Positions 1 through 10,683 of a DNA stretch of 64,000 nucleotides are shown here, in pieces; within the stretch, counting starts at the first letter, position 1; the number at the start of each line of letters is the position of its first letter. Location of the stretch: assembly GCA_963720565.1 (NCBI GenBank), contig CAVRFW010000009.1, positions 64,001-128,000 on the forward strand, read 5' to 3'. The stretch is from Candidatus Bathyarchaeota archaeon (lineage in GTDB: Archaea; Thermoproteota; Bathyarchaeia; Bathyarchaeales; Bathycorpusculaceae). A model generated the notes under the pieces. That model had not been told where the DNA came from, made no database searches, and was given only the letters and a program-made list of their open reading frames with translations. The translations under genes and the position numbers were made by a program.

Positions 1-2
1 TT

Positions 3-945
3 TTGGAAGGAGAACCCTGGGTTGAGTATAGAACTCGTGTAGATTTGCTGAAGCAGTCGGAGAGCGAACCCGAAGTAGTGAGTGCAAGGAAAGAAATGAT
101 TAGCCGCCCGAAAATTCAGTTACTGTTGGAAGAACTGACCAACTGGCCAGGAACAGTCTTAAGCAGCCACAAAAGTGCAAGTCAGCCCTTCCACAAACTG
201 TCCTTTATTGCAGATTTGGGACTTAAAAAAGGCGATACCCACGTTAATGAGATTGTTGAGAAGATATTCGAACACAAATCTGATGAAGGACCTTTTCAGC
301 TTCCAACGATTATTCCTAAACATTTCGGAGGCTCAGGCAATACCGAATGGGCATGGGCTTTGTGCGATGCTCCAATAATTATTTACTCCTTAGCAAAGCT
401 TGGGTTCACAAAGGATGAAAAAATCCAGAAAGCAGTCAAAATACTTGGTCAGTGCAGTTCGCGAGAACGGCTGGCCTTGCGCTGTCTCAAAGGAACTAGG
501 CAAGTTCAGGGGACCAGGAAGAAGGGATGATCCGTGCCCTTACGCAACCCTCATAATGCTAAAAATGCTACTTCAATTTGAGGAATGGAAAGGGAGTAAG
601 GAAGCTCGTGCGGGAACAGAGTGCCTTCTAGATTTGTGGACCGAAAGTAGAAAACTGCATCCTTATTTGTTCTATATGGGAACAGATTTTAGAAAACTGA
701 AGGCGCCATTCATCTGGTACGACATACTGCATGTTTTGGATACCCTGTCCCAGTTTGACTGGTTGAAAAAAGATTCGAGAACACAAGAGATGGCGGAGAT
801 AGTAATGCAGAAGGCTGGACCTGAAGGGAGATACACACCTGAATCAGAATGGAAAGCGTGGAGAGGCTGGGATTTCGGACAAAAAAAGGAACCTTCCAGA
901 TGGCTAACATTCCTGGTTCTAAGAATTATTGAGAGAATTAGGTAG
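3..945 (+). CDS. Conserved hypothetical alpha/alpha-toroid (prenyltransferase/squalene oxidase repeat-like) protein; 5' end at window edge; one frameshift near 437-441
   Basis: ORF 3..530 (KIQKAVK) joins ORF 400..945 (YLVSAVRENGWPC...PCPYATL...PFIWYDILHVLD...PSRWLT) if one A is removed from gtcaaaatac. Confidence 0.6.
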
Positions 946-964
946 GACCAAATTGGACAGGTTG

Positions 965-1006
965 CTCAACTTAACGCGCATTAATTGAGTAGAAAAATTT
1001 TTAAAG
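965..1006 (+). promoter_or_regulatory. Imperfect inverted repeat (CTCAACTTAA-cgcgca-TTAATTGAG) followed by BRE/TATA-like GAAAAATTTTTAAAG
   Basis: Seen directly, about 50-90 bp upstream of ATG 1056; GGAG at 1041. Confidence 0.4.
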
Positions 1007-1055
1007 TAACTTGAATAAACAAGCAAACGTCAAATCAAAAGGAGAAAGGTTTGAA

Positions 1056-1832
1056 ATGAAAACTACTTACTTAGTCGCTTTTTGCATGCTCATGCTTTGC
1101 AGTCCAATCATAGTAGGAATCGCCAAAGCGGGCAACGCAGCTTATCCGCTGACGGAATATCAATGGGCAGCTGGAGCTACCATTGATGGAAAATGGACCA
1201 CTGCCGACGAATGGACAGATGGCCCAGAAATGACAATGTCTAACAATGCGAAATTCACGTATAATATGGACTTTACTACATTTACTATACAGTGGCTTGT
1301 CGAATTTTTCGCTGACAGCACAACGGATACAGGAGATTACTGGCAAATTTGCCTTGACCCAGACAACGGCGGGGGTACCGCTCCTCAGACAGACGATTTT
1401 AAGATAGAAATTCAAGGACACACTACTCTAAAACTCTACAAAGGAACTGGCACAGGCTGGACCGAAATTTCCCCCGAAGCAGGCGAACTAACATGGGCTA
1501 ACACGATAGATGTATCTCCTTGGAATAGCACTGCCCACTGGATTCTCGAATTCTCTGACCCCGACAAAACTACCGGTACCGTACAAACCCCTCAACCGCC
1601 AAACGGTATGAGGGTTGCAGCTTACGATGCAGCCACCGGCACACTTGCATCTTGGGCACCAAACAGTAACGCTGACGTTCCAAACGAGTATGGAGTAATC
1701 GCAGGCTATTCACAAACACCAATACCTGAAGGCTTTGGCATAGGAGTTGTAGCGCTGCTTTCCTCTGTTGCGGTTGTAGCTAGCTTCTTCTTGCTGCGAA
1801 AGCGTCCCAACCCACAGTTACAGCTCAGCTAA
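1056..1832 (+). CDS. Secreted/surface protein with signal peptide and C-terminal PEF-CTERM-like sorting signal (IPEGFG-TM-RKR)
   Basis: Hydrophobic N-terminal signal peptide; acidic Thr/Asp/Gly-rich body (IDGKWTTADEW, DOMON/CBM9-like); tail PIPEGFGIGVVALLSSVAVVASFFLLRKRP. Confidence 0.8.
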   Translation: MKTTYLVAFCMLMLCSPIIVGIAKAGNAAYPLTEYQWAAGATIDGKWTTADEWTDGPEMTMSNNAKFTYNMDFTTFTIQWLVEFFADSTTDTGDYWQICLDPDNGGGTAPQTDDFKIEIQGHTTLKLYKGTGTGWTEISPEAGELTWANTIDVSPWNSTAHWILEFSDPDKTTGTVQTPQPPNGMRVAAYDAATGTLASWAPNSNADVPNEYGVIAGYSQTPIPEGFGIGVVALLSSVAVVASFFLLRKRPNPQLQLS

Positions 1833-2101
1833 GATGAGAGAAACAAAATTCGCACCCGACGCGCGGGGAACATAAACTCCAAATCCCCCTTCTTTTCCTC
1901 TATCACTTCTCTAGACTAAGAACCAGAAAAGCACGGAGACAAAGGTGGACAGAACGATTCTATAAGAAGCCTAAAGAAGACGTTTCATCGGCTTGAGGCG
2001 TCCATGGTATGTTTTATATATCTGGTCATTCGAACTTGAAACCCAAACCGCGAGGTTTGCTCCGGAACTGCGTAGCCAAGAAAGAAAGGTCAGGATGTAA
2101 C

Positions 2102-3148
2102 ATGAAAGACACGCATTGGGAAGATAAACGCGTAGTAGTTACAGGTGGCGCGAGCTTCATAGGCAGCCATCTGGTCGATAAACTCGTTGAAATGGGCGCA
2201 AACGTCACCGTTATTGATGATTTCAGCAGCGGTACACTCGAAAACCTTTCTAAATCGCGGCATAGAACAAAAATAATAACATTAGATTTGGAGTGGTGCG
2301 GTCTAGGCGCAGTCGTTGATGCCTTCAAAGACCACGAGATTGTTTTCCATCTCGCCGCAACCCATGGGGGCAGAGGCTACATAAATACGCATCCTGCAGA
2401 CGTGAGTTCCAACTTCGCCATAGATCATCACGTGTTCGAAGCCAGCTTGAAGACTAACGTTGAAAAAGTAGTTAGCGCAAGCAGTGCATGCGTTTATCCT
2501 CCCAAACTACAAGATATGACCGATTCAACCTATCTCCTCAGGGAAGAAGATAGCAACCCGTTCAAACTGAACGAACCGTTAAGCGCTGACTTGGAATACG
2601 GCTGGGCAAAATTAATCGGAGAAATCGAATTAATAGCCTTCATCAAACAATATGGACTAAAAGGTTGTAGCCTTAGATTCGTTACTGCGTACGGGCCGAG
2701 AGAAAACGAAACCCACGCTATAATAGCATTAATATACAAGGCGTTTGAAAAGATGGATCCCTACCAAATTTGGGGTTCTGGAGAACAAGATAGGGATTTC
2801 ACATACGTGTCTGACATTGTTGAAGGCACAGTGAGGGCAGCAGAGAAAGTCACCGATGGAACTCCGATAAACTTGGGAACAGGCGTCAGATACAAAGTTA
2901 AAGACGTGGCTGCGAGAATTTTTGATGCTATGGGCTGGAAACCTGACAGAATAGTTTTTGACACTTCCAAACCAGTGGGTGTCGCTACGAGAGCCCTGGA
3001 CATAAGTAGAGCTAAAAAACTTCTAGATTGGGAGCCTATAATAAGCTTGGAGGAAGGTTTGCGGAAAACAATTAACTGGTATGTGACCACGCATGCGCGG
3101 AAAGGGTTTGTTGACGAGAAAGTGCTCATGGAGCGCTCAGCCGGATGA
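2102..3148 (+). CDS. NAD-dependent nucleotide-sugar epimerase/dehydratase (extended SDR, GDP-mannose epimerase-like)
   Basis: VVVTGGASFIGSHLVD, SSACVYP, YGWAK (YxxxK), RDFTYVSD. Confidence 0.9.
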   Translation: MKDTHWEDKRVVVTGGASFIGSHLVDKLVEMGANVTVIDDFSSGTLENLSKSRHRTKIITLDLEWCGLGAVVDAFKDHEIVFHLAATHGGRGYINTHPADVSSNFAIDHHVFEASLKTNVEKVVSASSACVYPPKLQDMTDSTYLLREEDSNPFKLNEPLSADLEYGWAKLIGEIELIAFIKQYGLKGCSLRFVTAYGPRENETHAIIALIYKAFEKMDPYQIWGSGEQDRDFTYVSDIVEGTVRAAEKVTDGTPINLGTGVRYKVKDVAARIFDAMGWKPDRIVFDTSKPVGVATRALDISRAKKLLDWEPIISLEEGLRKTINWYVTTHARKGFVDEKVLMERSAG

Positions 3149-3894
3149 CAGAGAAACTAGTGGACACTTTTACTTCAGAGGTTGGGCAAGCTGAAATTGC
3201 TGTACTCATGCCCATACATAATGAAGCTGAAACAATAGAAGAGTCTGTCACTGAGTTCTACGATGTCATAAGCCCCAAAATGCCGCTGGAACTTGTCTTA
3301 AGCGAAGACGGAAGCACGGACAATACAGAAAGAGTAATTGAAGAATTGAGCGGAAAGATACCGTTGAAAGCTGTCCTTTCAACTTCACGTAAGGGCTACG
3401 CAGGCGGGATAAAGGATGGTTTGAAACTTGTCAGAGCCGATTATGTGTTGATAACAGATTCTGACGGGCAGCATGACCCGAAAGATTTCTGGAAGCTCTG
3501 GAACTTACGCGAGAAATATGACGTTGTGAGCGGTTGGCGAATAGAGAGGGCTGACGCCTTTCACCGGAAGGTAATGTCTAAACTCTTCCAACTTGGGATA
3601 AAGAACACCTTTAACCTCCCGAATTTGATGGACACTACCGCTCCATTTAAGCTCATGAAAACAGAGATGGCTTCGGAAATAGCTGGAAAATGTAAGTATA
3701 TGAGCGAAAGCTTCTGGAACGAATTCTCAGTAAGGACACACTTCAGTGGTTACACTATAGGAGAGACACCGGTTACCCACCGTTATAGAGCAGATAAGAG
3801 TGCAACTCGAGTCTATAAACCATCTAAGATTCCAAAAATCGTTCTTGACCAACTGAGAGCCATGAACAAACTTAAACTAGAACTCAACGTCTAA
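3145..3894 (+). CDS. GT2 glycosyltransferase (Dol-P-sugar synthase-like)
   Basis: MPIHNE, EDGSTD, GYAGGIKDG, DSDGQHDP; ATGA overlap with upstream gene. Confidence 0.9.
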   Translation: MTEKLVDTFTSEVGQAEIAVLMPIHNEAETIEESVTEFYDVISPKMPLELVLSEDGSTDNTERVIEELSGKIPLKAVLSTSRKGYAGGIKDGLKLVRADYVLITDSDGQHDPKDFWKLWNLREKYDVVSGWRIERADAFHRKVMSKLFQLGIKNTFNLPNLMDTTAPFKLMKTEMASEIAGKCKYMSESFWNEFSVRTHFSGYTIGETPVTHRYRADKSATRVYKPSKIPKIVLDQLRAMNKLKLELNV

Positions 3895-3911
3895 AGGAGC
3901 AATTGGGCTAT

Positions 3912-4970
3912 ATGACTGGGTTTGGACGCGCCAAGATCGTTATCCAACTTGTCATAGGCATCGCAATCCTATTGTGGCTGCTTCAACTTGCGAATTCAAG
4001 CGAAGTGCTAACGACAGTCCTACAGGTCAACCCTCTGAACCTGATAGGCGCAGTTGCATTCTTCGTTACAGCTTCAACCTTCGTGGCTCTCGCACTTTGC
4101 ACCACTCTTAGGAACTCTAATCCAACTGTGCCCCTTAGGAAAATCCTGATGGCCAGTTTTGCTGGGCAATTATTAAGCGATGTGACTCCGGTTAGATCAG
4201 GGTACTTCATGACGCCTGTTTTCCTTAAACAGTTAGCCAGCATACCAGTTGAACAAGGCATGACAGGAGTTCTTGCCACAGGAGGCGTCAACTCTCTTGT
4301 TAAAGTAGCGATGTGCCTTGTGGGTTTAGTGTATTTTTCAAGTTATTTATCCCTTCCAGCTGAAATCACAAACGCGTTAGTCGTCGGAGTTACGGTTCTG
4401 TTTGTTGCAGGTTTATTCTTGCTGCTGCTTATGTTGAATAGACGCCTGTCAAAGCTAGTTGTAAAGCTTGAAAAGACACCGCTGATCGGAAAGAGACTAA
4501 GCAAATTCATTGAAATGTTTAGCAATGTTCAACAGGAAGGACGAAAAATTCGGAAATCTTTGATATTCGTTGCCATTCTGGTATTATTATCTTTAGTTGC
4601 AAATGCCACAGCGTTATACTTGGTCTTTAACAGTGTTTGGTATCCTTCTCTAAAACTGCTTGACTTCTTTTTCCTAGCTTCTTTTGCATCTGTCTTAACC
4701 TACATTCCAATTACTATCGCGGGCTTAGGTGTGCAAGAGGCGGGCTATGTTCTTCTTCTTAATTTGTTGCTTGGGTTCCCTCTCTCTACTATTAACCCGA
4801 GGTTTGTTGCTTTTGCGTTGATAACAAGAGCGTTGTTCACGGGAACAGACATAATAGGCGTTGGCCCACTGCTATCGGCAGGATTCAAACCCAAAGGTAA
4901 AGACCCGTTCAAAGAGGCAAACTACACTCAAATTGCTACTTCAACTTTTTCTGGGTCCCAGCAGTTATAG
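3912..4970 (+). CDS. Flippase-like membrane protein (lysylphosphatidylglycerol synthase TM / UPF0104 family)
   Basis: Multi-TM; SDVTPVRSG and YIPITIAGLGVQEAG motifs. Confidence 0.8.
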   Translation: MTGFGRAKIVIQLVIGIAILLWLLQLANSSEVLTTVLQVNPLNLIGAVAFFVTASTFVALALCTTLRNSNPTVPLRKILMASFAGQLLSDVTPVRSGYFMTPVFLKQLASIPVEQGMTGVLATGGVNSLVKVAMCLVGLVYFSSYLSLPAEITNALVVGVTVLFVAGLFLLLLMLNRRLSKLVVKLEKTPLIGKRLSKFIEMFSNVQQEGRKIRKSLIFVAILVLLSLVANATALYLVFNSVWYPSLKLLDFFFLASFASVLTYIPITIAGLGVQEAGYVLLLNLLLGFPLSTINPRFVAFALITRALFTGTDIIGVGPLLSAGFKPKGKDPFKEANYTQIATSTFSGSQQL

Positions 4971-7366
4971 AATCTTATGTCTATAGCTACATTGAAGCTT
5001 TCTTTGAACGTTTCTGTTCTATCAAAAATCAGGAATGTGAAATATCCTGCTCTGTTTATTTGCCATACAAATGATGGATCTTCAACATCTGAGATGTTCT
5101 CTGATGGAACAGACCATTGCATTACAAGTTTGGATTTGTCCATTAGACTTGTGTTTCCTGTTTCTGTAATTATTCCATTCCACAATTCCACGTCGAACAA
5201 ATGCTCAGAACTCCTGAATGTAGCTGTCATTAATCCTTCTCTGTAATCAGCTGGAACGGGGATGTGGAATTGGGCGCTTGGCGACCCAGTTACGTTTGTT
5301 ATCGTTAAATTAATTGTCACATGTTTTATCGGCGGTGCAAAGTCTTTCTCTGCGAAGGATGCATAAATTGTTTCTTCTTCGATGGGTCCAACATGGTAGA
5401 CTGCTGTCCCGTTTTGTCCAACATAAACAGGAGGAAGATATTCTGGATCGCCTAAATATCTCGTGAGAACGCTCCATTCATAGGCTAGGGGCATTCTTAT
5501 TTCTGAGGGAGTTGCCCAGGGGATGCTCAGAAAATATGACACGTTCCTTTCCCTAAGGAAGCTTATCCCTTCTTCAATGGTGTCCAATTTGTAGAGAGGA
5601 GCCGACTCGTTTCCATCAAGTTGCAAGACCTCGCGTTCAAGATAGTATTCTTTTATATCGTATGTGGCGATTCGGGCATCTTTCGGCGTGTTTTCATTAA
5701 TCCACTTCCATGCATCCCCCTCTTCAAACACTTGTATAAGGTAGCTCGACTTGTCGTTACCAAGAGTGGGTGTGGGTTTATACGAGTTTATACTTGGAAG
5801 AACTGGCACAGTCAAAATGAGAATTAGCCCTATCAGGATCATGGGAGTTACACTCTTAACTACATTACGAGTTGCGAGAAGCATTCTAGTGCATTCAGAT
5901 AGAATAATTGCCAGCGCTGGCATGGCAATAACTAGATAACGAATAAATGGGATATGCGTTGCCATGATGACAAGCCCGACGAGCAGCAAATAAGAAGGTA
6001 AAATTAGAAGGAACAGTTTTCGCTTGGTGAACATGAGATAAACGATTGCTGATAGCAGGATTACTGATCCTATCTTAGAAACTACGCTAAATAACCCAAA
6101 TAAAGGAACTTTTGTCCAATTCTGAAAATGTTGCATTGTGGAGTTCAGCAACATCGAGTCCAAGTATTTACCGATGCCGAAAAAGGGGTAAAGAGGATTT
6201 CCCAACAATACCAAGTTTCGCATAAACCATGGAAAAACTATGAGAACTGCCAAAATGGCTAGCCAAGTGAAACGCTTAACAGATATGTTTCTCTTCACTG
6301 CATAGAGAAGCAGAAGTCCGAAAGAGAATACGCCTATAAAACTTGTTAGCGCTGAAAAACAGCAGAACAATGTTCCCACAAGTTCGTATTTTTTTGCTTC
6401 AGCATCATTCGAATGATATGCTTTGAAGAAGAAGAACGCTGACAAAGTTAGCATTAGGGTTAAGCACATGAGGTAAGTTTCCTGAACAAAGACTTCCCAA
6501 AAGGTGGGCATGACGCTTAATATTAGCATGGCAAAAACGGAAGCTGTCCTGTTCTTGGTCATAATCATCGCAAATTTGTACGTAGCAATCATCGTTACCA
6601 AACCGAGCATTGGCTGGAGTATTCTGAAGTAGAAGTCATTGGAACTTCCGGCGAAGGTGTACAAGTAAACCGCAAGTAGTTGAACGCCTGGGGGATAACT
6701 TGCGCTCATTTCCAAACCAATTGATGGACCAGCAATAAGCGGTATGGTGCCCTTTTCGAATATGATTCTTGCATAATTCACTCCGTATGCTAGTGAATCC
6801 CACTCTATAGGGGGATATGCTACTGTCTGGTAAAGTGCAATGCAGATATACACTCCGATAACAATCAAAACTGTTACTTCTAAGATGTTGGATTTTGTTA
6901 TGTGCATCCTTTTCTTTTCTATGCTCAGCTTATAGCAGATACTCGGTTTCAATCCTCTGTAGAACGTGCCCAGCAATAAGGTAAGAAGAAGACTTACTTG
7001 GGTCAAGAGTACCGTCGGAAATGATATTTCCCATACAATTCCAATCAGAATCATCATCACATATGTCGTTCCAAACCCTAAGCCGACAGAAAGCAGCGCC
7101 CTCTCTGTAGCGTCCAATCCGTATCTAACCAGAGTTAATGACAGCAAGAAACCGTTGACTAATATGAAAATGAAACCTGTCCATCCAAAATCAAAGGGGA
7201 TTGTCTCAATAGGAGCTTGAAAAATATTTGGCATTGTGAAATCCGAAGTTGGATAGTTAAGAATACCGAGAATGCCTGATAATACTAAAACTATCATTAT
7301 CCAGATGATAAGCATAGCATCACGGTCACGCGTGTTGCTCGACCTCCATTCCATAGCTTTTTGCAT
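4928..7366 (-). CDS. GT-C fold membrane glycosyltransferase (GT39/ArnT/PMT_2-like) with C-terminal extracellular domain
   Basis: Many TM helices; PPIEWDSLAY...SASYPPG, PWFMRNLVLLGNPLYP, AWKWINENTPKDARI. Confidence 0.75.
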   Translation of the reverse strand: MQKAMEWRSSNTRDRDAMLIIWIMIVLVLSGILGILNYPTSDFTMPNIFQAPIETIPFDFGWTGFIFILVNGFLLSLTLVRYGLDATERALLSVGLGFGTTYVMMILIGIVWEISFPTVLLTQVSLLLTLLLGTFYRGLKPSICYKLSIEKKRMHITKSNILEVTVLIVIGVYICIALYQTVAYPPIEWDSLAYGVNYARIIFEKGTIPLIAGPSIGLEMSASYPPGVQLLAVYLYTFAGSSNDFYFRILQPMLGLVTMIATYKFAMIMTKNRTASVFAMLILSVMPTFWEVFVQETYLMCLTLMLTLSAFFFFKAYHSNDAEAKKYELVGTLFCCFSALTSFIGVFSFGLLLLYAVKRNISVKRFTWLAILAVLIVFPWFMRNLVLLGNPLYPFFGIGKYLDSMLLNSTMQHFQNWTKVPLFGLFSVVSKIGSVILLSAIVYLMFTKRKLFLLILPSYLLLVGLVIMATHIPFIRYLVIAMPALAIILSECTRMLLATRNVVKSVTPMILIGLILILTVPVLPSINSYKPTPTLGNDKSSYLIQVFEEGDAWKWINENTPKDARIATYDIKEYYLEREVLQLDGNESAPLYKLDTIEEGISFLRERNVSYFLSIPWATPSEIRMPLAYEWSVLTRYLGDPEYLPPVYVGQNGTAVYHVGPIEEETIYASFAEKDFAPPIKHVTINLTITNVTGSPSAQFHIPVPADYREGLMTATFRSSEHLFDVELWNGIITETGNTSLMDKSKLVMQWSVPSENISDVEDPSFVWQINRAGYFTFLIFDRTETFKESFNVAIDIRFYNCWDPEKVEVAI

Positions 7367-7374
7367 AGTTCACC

Positions 7375-10333
7375 TTATCCGGTTCCTCCAATGGAGATTT
7401 GTAGTTCCACTTTTGTATCTTCGGCGAAATCCTCCCTCAACACTACAACAATTGTGTATAAACCTGTTTTCTCGACATTCCAAACCAGTAAAGGATTAAT
7501 CTCCCCAGCGACTATCGAGTTCGGGGACCTCGCAGCTAGTTCACGATGTTTCCACCATTCTGTAGTTTCTGAAGGTTCAATGACGCCTTCAAAGACCTCG
7601 ACACATATTTCTTTTCTATACGAGTTGGTTTGAACCAACACTCTATCATATTTGTCCAGAATCGGGAGGTATACCATAATTGTTGGAGGGGAAGTTTTCT
7701 CTGTCATTTCGCTTTTCAAAGAATAGAGTGAGACTTTTCCTTCGGCTTGAAGAGGTCACAGCCTCTATCTTGCTTATGGCAAAATCTTCGTTGTATGCGT
7801 GAAGTGCAAATTCCGTGAATTCTTTCTTGCTGACTGGAACCAAAAACTCGCGAACCTTCCATTCTCTCGTATCAGTTTTCTTGATGAATGTGTATTCAAA
7901 CCATTCTTTTGAGTATTCGTTGTATAGGTATATGCTCAGTTTATCTGTTCCTGAATCATAGTAGGTTAGCTTTACGCTAGTCAAGTTCGTTGTAACAACG
8001 CTGAATCTCGGAGAATCGCTTCCGGCGACAACAGACTGTACAGTGTTTCCGTTAACTGAATGAGGCTCACTCCATCCATCTTGACTAATTGCAATGGGCA
8101 TCGTAGAGTTTGCAGTTATATCTGAAACTTCAGCTGACCAAACACTATAGATTCTAGGGTAGCCATCGTAACTGATTTTGGGAAAAAATGGAGTTCCCAG
8201 AAACTGTGCCATTGGAAGTATGTCAAAGTGACCGTGTTCACGAGCCCAATCAACATCTAGAACGTATTTCACGTTCTCGCTGTTGAGATATTCAAGTATG
8301 CCGGATAAGCGGGAGATGTTATAGAGGTGCCGAGCTTCCCATCCGTCAAGGTAGAAGAAATAATCGTTGCTACAGTTTTTGACATAATATATTCTATTTT
8401 CGATTGTGGCAACTTTTTCGCCTTCATTCAAGTTTTCGTTAATCCATTCCCATGCTTCTGCCTCTGGGAACACGTTCTTAAGTGCAAGCCAGGTTTCAGC
8501 GTTTGGATTTTCTAGAAACCACAAATAGTTGTCACGTGGTTCATCTTGGATGTTATCCATTCCCACTTTGCCGCCCATGATATATGTTAGGCTGGGAAAC
8601 ATGAAAGCTACAATTAGTACTACGGTTATGCCCATCCTCAGCAAATCGGTTTTGCGGGGGAAAGGTATCTTGATTTTTGTTCGATTAAGTTTAGTTTTTG
8701 ATTGATTAGTAGTGGGATTGTCCTGTTTTGCGCATTTCTCTAGTGCTTTTAAGATAGGTAAGGCGCTAAGAAGTGCAAAGCCTGGCAGTGTGAAGACTAT
8801 GTGCCGTGGAAACCCCCATGTTATTCCGCTGAGAACGATTATGCTCAGCGTTGATGGCCACGCCAACAACAACCAGAACTTCTTGCTTTGAGTCGGAACA
8901 AATGTTATTCCTAGTATAGTGAGCAAGGAGATGGAAGGAAAATGCGTTTTGTACGTGAAAAAAATAATGGTTTTCAGCAGTAGGGGCATTTCGCCTCCGA
9001 AGAAAGCCGCCGTGGCAGATCGTCTTAAGCCTCTGAGGGTCGTCTCCATTATTAACGGGTCTATGTTTATTCCGCCAAGCACAGTATAACCAGTGGGGTA
9101 GATGGGATTTCCGAGCAAGACTAGATTTCGAAGATACCAGATTCCGCCAATTACTAGAGTCGATGAGATTAGCAGCAGGACAGTTTTTGTGTTTGTCCTG
9201 AACCCGTTCTTTTCTTTGACGAAATAATAGATTAAGGCGATAATGAAGAATGGTGCAAGATACAAGGCCAAGTATGAAGTTAACAGGGCAAACCCGTAGA
9301 ATACTCCGCTGGAAATCCAGTATCGGGATTTTGCTCTGATTATTGCAAGAAATAGAAACAGAACTGAAACAGTCCCAAAGAAGGTGAGGGTAGAGTAGCT
9401 GGTAGCAAAAATTGAATATCGAAAGAATAGAGGCGTCATTATAAGCAACAATGCCGACAATATCCCGTACCTTTTTCCAGCGAGAACTTCTCCGATTTTG
9501 TAGGTTGCAAGAACTGTTAGAATGCCCATAACAGGGGGGATGGCTCTCAGGTAGAAGTCTTCGATTAAGCCTATTTGCGTGTAGTAGTAAGCCCCGAGTG
9601 CAGAAAATAGAGGAGGAAAATTAGCACTCATTTCGATACCGATGGAGGGTCCGGCTATTACTGGAATGCCATGATTGTTGAACATGATTACAGACATTAC
9701 CGCATGGTAGACTGTGGCATCCCAATGTGTGATGACCGTTAACAATGCATGATAAAAGATGAAAAAGAATATTGTTACGATAGCGAGGCAGGCTAACAAC
9801 CACAGTCCAAGGTTGCTTGGTCTTCTAACTTTCCCCATGGTGAAATGGGCCTTGAGGAACTCGCGTGTTGAAGCTCTAAATTTCCCTTTGTGTCTGCGGA
9901 AACCTATCAAGAGAAGACCAGCCCCGACAAGTATGATGACTACGTTTAGCTGCAGTTGAAACAGGTTCCAGCAAATCCCCAAGACGATGGTTATTAAGGC
10001 TGTTAATCCTGTTCCCAACCCGAGCGCACTTATGAAATTGATGACCGGGTCTTTTTCATCAGCCAATAATGTGTTGGATGAGATACCTCCGAGAATTAGA
10101 ATTTCAACTGTTGCCAGAAAGGCTAAAGGGGCACCATCAATTTGAACCGGCATATAATTGATAGTTGGGTTGGCTATCCAAGATGCAACTCGTTGAAATG
10201 CTGCTAACCATGTTTGGTTTGTGTAGACATACACAAGCCAGGCAGAAACCAGAGAAATCAAGATTGACAGCGGCAGTATTAGGGTGGGTGTTGTTTCTTT
10301 CTTGTCTGGTTCTGGCATGGCTTGGTTTTCCAT
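7375..10333 (-). CDS. GT-C fold membrane glycosyltransferase, paralog of 4928..7366; frameshift near 7720-7760
   Basis: HWDATVYH...IAGPSIGIEMSANFPP, WYLRNLVLLGNPIYP, AWEWINENL; ORF 7375..7719 resembles the neighbour's C-terminal domain and so is the shifted C-terminus. Confidence 0.7.
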
Positions 10334-10683
10334 GTTAAGGTCTCACTATTTTTCGATTATTGATTGACTTGAACGTGCGACAGCCGATTTGGAGAGCCAT
10401 ACTGTAGCTTGCAGGCATCAGCATTAGAACCCCATTGCCCAGTTGCCCTCAGTTCCGTAGTTGAATGGAAGTTTATTTAAAACCTCTGTTTGTAGTCACG
10501 TCACCTTTCCAACATTGCGCTTGTAGAATGTCAACACCAATGATTTTAAACTTCCAGGAAGCGCGAATCACAATCTCTATACCCAGCTGTTTTGTCCTCC
10601 AACCATTCAGGGAAATTCCGTAGGTAATCGACAAACTCGGGATTTGAGTTCTCAAAGCAATCAGAAGGCATCGCCCTCGTGAT

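Noticed and set aside
7375..7719. Independent 114-aa gene
   Set aside because: Resembles the C-terminal domain of the neighbouring paralog; better read as the shifted end of 7646..10333.
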